64,000 nucleotides of DNA, taken from contig PGYQ01000001.1 of the NCBI GenBank assembly GCA_002839745.1, forward strand, positions 80,775 through 144,774. Reading direction: 5' to 3'. The stretch's first letter is position 1, and every line of letters starts with the position of its first letter. Below, piece by piece: positions 62,609 to 64,000 of this stretch. Under the pieces are notes generated by a model. That model had not been told where the DNA came from. It was given only the letters and a program-made list of their open reading frames with translations, and did no database searches. The translations under genes and the position numbers were made by a program. Source of the DNA: Candidatus Kuenenbacteria bacterium HGW-Kuenenbacteria-1. GTDB taxonomy: Bacteria > Patescibacteriota > Patescibacteriia > UBA2591 > PGYQ01.

Positions 62609-63976
62609 TTATTCTGGTTTTTCAAGTTCAATTGTAAAAGGTATTCCTTCAAAATCAAATTTTTTTCTCAACTCTTTTTCTAAAATATTCAAACAAGCTT
62701 GAGGTAATGGCGTTTTTTGCTGAATAACCAAAGCAAATTTTGGAGGATTATCTCTTATTTGACTAAATTTATAAACTGAGAAAAATTTTTGCTTAACGGT
62801 TTTAGGATGAAGCTTGCGTTCAGAAGGATCAATAAAAAATGAATACTTTTTTTTCATTTCTTCTAAAAATTTATCTAATTCTTTTTGATCAAAAATCCTG
62901 TTTAATCTTTGTTTAATTTTTAAAGCTGTGTCTAAAATTTTTTTTATCTGAAAATTTTCTTTGGCTGAAACAAAAACAATGGGAGCCCAAAGAAAAAAAG
63001 AAAATTGCGCTTTTAAATATTGAATATATTGATTTACTTTTCTTTTATCTTTTTGAGAAAGTAAATCCCATTTATTTACAACAATTATTACTCCTTTATT
63101 TGTTCTTTCAATATGATTGGCTATTCGTTTATCTTGAGAAAGAGCTGTTTCCCCTGCTTCTAATACTAAACAAATTACATCCGCCCTTTTAAAGGTTTGA
63201 AGACTTTGCAAAGATCCAATTTTTTCTATATGACAATCAATTTTACTTTTTTTTCTTAATCCAGCAGTATCAACAATTAAAATGGATTGATTTTTATAAG
63301 TAATTAAAGTGTCTAAGGCCTCGCGAGTCGTATGTGGTATCTCACTCACAATAACTCTTTCCTCTCCTAATATTGCATTAAAAATAGAAGATTTTCCAAC
63401 ATTTGTCCTGCCAGTTAAAATTATTTTAACTGGTTTTTTAATTGGTTCTTTTATTATAATATTTTCATCAGATTTAATTTTAGGCAAAACAAAAAGTTTT
63501 TTTACTATTTCATCTAATAAATCGCCTGTGCCAATTCCAGTAATAGCTGAAATTAACATTGGCTCACCAAATCCCAATTTAAAAAAATCACTTGCCATTT
63601 TTCTTAAACTATTTTTATCAACTTTATTTACTGCAACAATAATAGGTTTTTTAAGATTTCTTAAAATTTTTGCAATATCTTTATCTTCCAAAAGCAATCC
63701 ATCTTTTACATCAACTACAAAAAGAATTAAATCCGCTTCTTTTAAAGCAACTTGAGTTTGTTCTTGAACTTTTTTTTCAACTTTATTAATTCCCGCATCC
63801 TGTAATCCCCCTGTGTCTATTAAATCAAACTTTTCTTTTCTCCAAAAACATTCCGCATAATTTCTATCTCGAGTGGTGCCAGCTATTTTAGAAATAATGG
63901 CTTTTTCTTGATCAATTAAACGATTAAAAAGAGTGGATTTTCCCACATTAACTCGACCAATAATACATACTTTCAT
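62609..63976 (-). CDS. der: Ribosome biogenesis GTPase Der (EngA)
   Basis: Two G domains (GRVNVGKST/DTGG/NKVD and GRTNVGKSS/DTAG/NKWD) and a KH-like C-terminus. Confidence 0.95.
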   Translation of the reverse strand: MKVCIIGRVNVGKSTLFNRLIDQEKAIISKIAGTTRDRNYAECFWRKEKFDLIDTGGLQDAGINKVEKKVQEQTQVALKEADLILFVVDVKDGLLLEDKDIAKILRNLKKPIIVAVNKVDKNSLRKMASDFFKLGFGEPMLISAITGIGTGDLLDEIVKKLFVLPKIKSDENIIIKEPIKKPVKIILTGRTNVGKSSIFNAILGEERVIVSEIPHTTREALDTLITYKNQSILIVDTAGLRKKSKIDCHIEKIGSLQSLQTFKRADVICLVLEAGETALSQDKRIANHIERTNKGVIIVVNKWDLLSQKDKRKVNQYIQYLKAQFSFFLWAPIVFVSAKENFQIKKILDTALKIKQRLNRIFDQKELDKFLEEMKKKYSFFIDPSERKLHPKTVKQKFFSVYKFSQIRDNPPKFALVIQQKTPLPQACLNILEKELRKKFDFEGIPFTIELEKPE

Positions 63977-64000
63977 AAAAATTAGCTAATTAGCTTTTAA

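Overview
This is a very AT-rich, gene-dense bacterial chromosome segment using standard code 11 (TGA is a stop) with no obvious Shine-Dalgarno motifs. Its gene set resembles Patescibacteria/Parcubacteria (CPR); that assignment is inferred. It is mostly housekeeping: rarA, murE, rpmI, infC, dus, murA, ileS, glyA, secA, PBP1A, rplY, 2x gpmI, ligA, ftsH-like, typA, valS, lepA, rmuC, der, four tRNAs, hicBA, and a type IV pilus/T2SS locus in two pieces. Gene orientation flips from + to - at about 27-28 kb, next to a symmetric 11-6-11 dif-like site (candidate replication terminus). The unexplained layer is a set of small repeats. (i) A REP-associated tyrosine transposase (RAYT) carries a 60-bp copy of its own GTAG-REP doublet in-frame inside its coding sequence, with other copies upstream and at 52.5 kb. 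(ii) Several other palindrome families and 7-bp tandem arrays sit in-frame inside ileS, secA, ligA, valS, lepA and the pilin leaders. (iii) A perfect 27-bp inverted repeat tightly brackets pilC. (iv) Two housekeeping genes are broken: complementary UvrD/PcrA halves lie on opposite strands about 33 kb apart, and LepA lacks its C-terminal third. All calls come from reading motifs by eye; no database searches were run.
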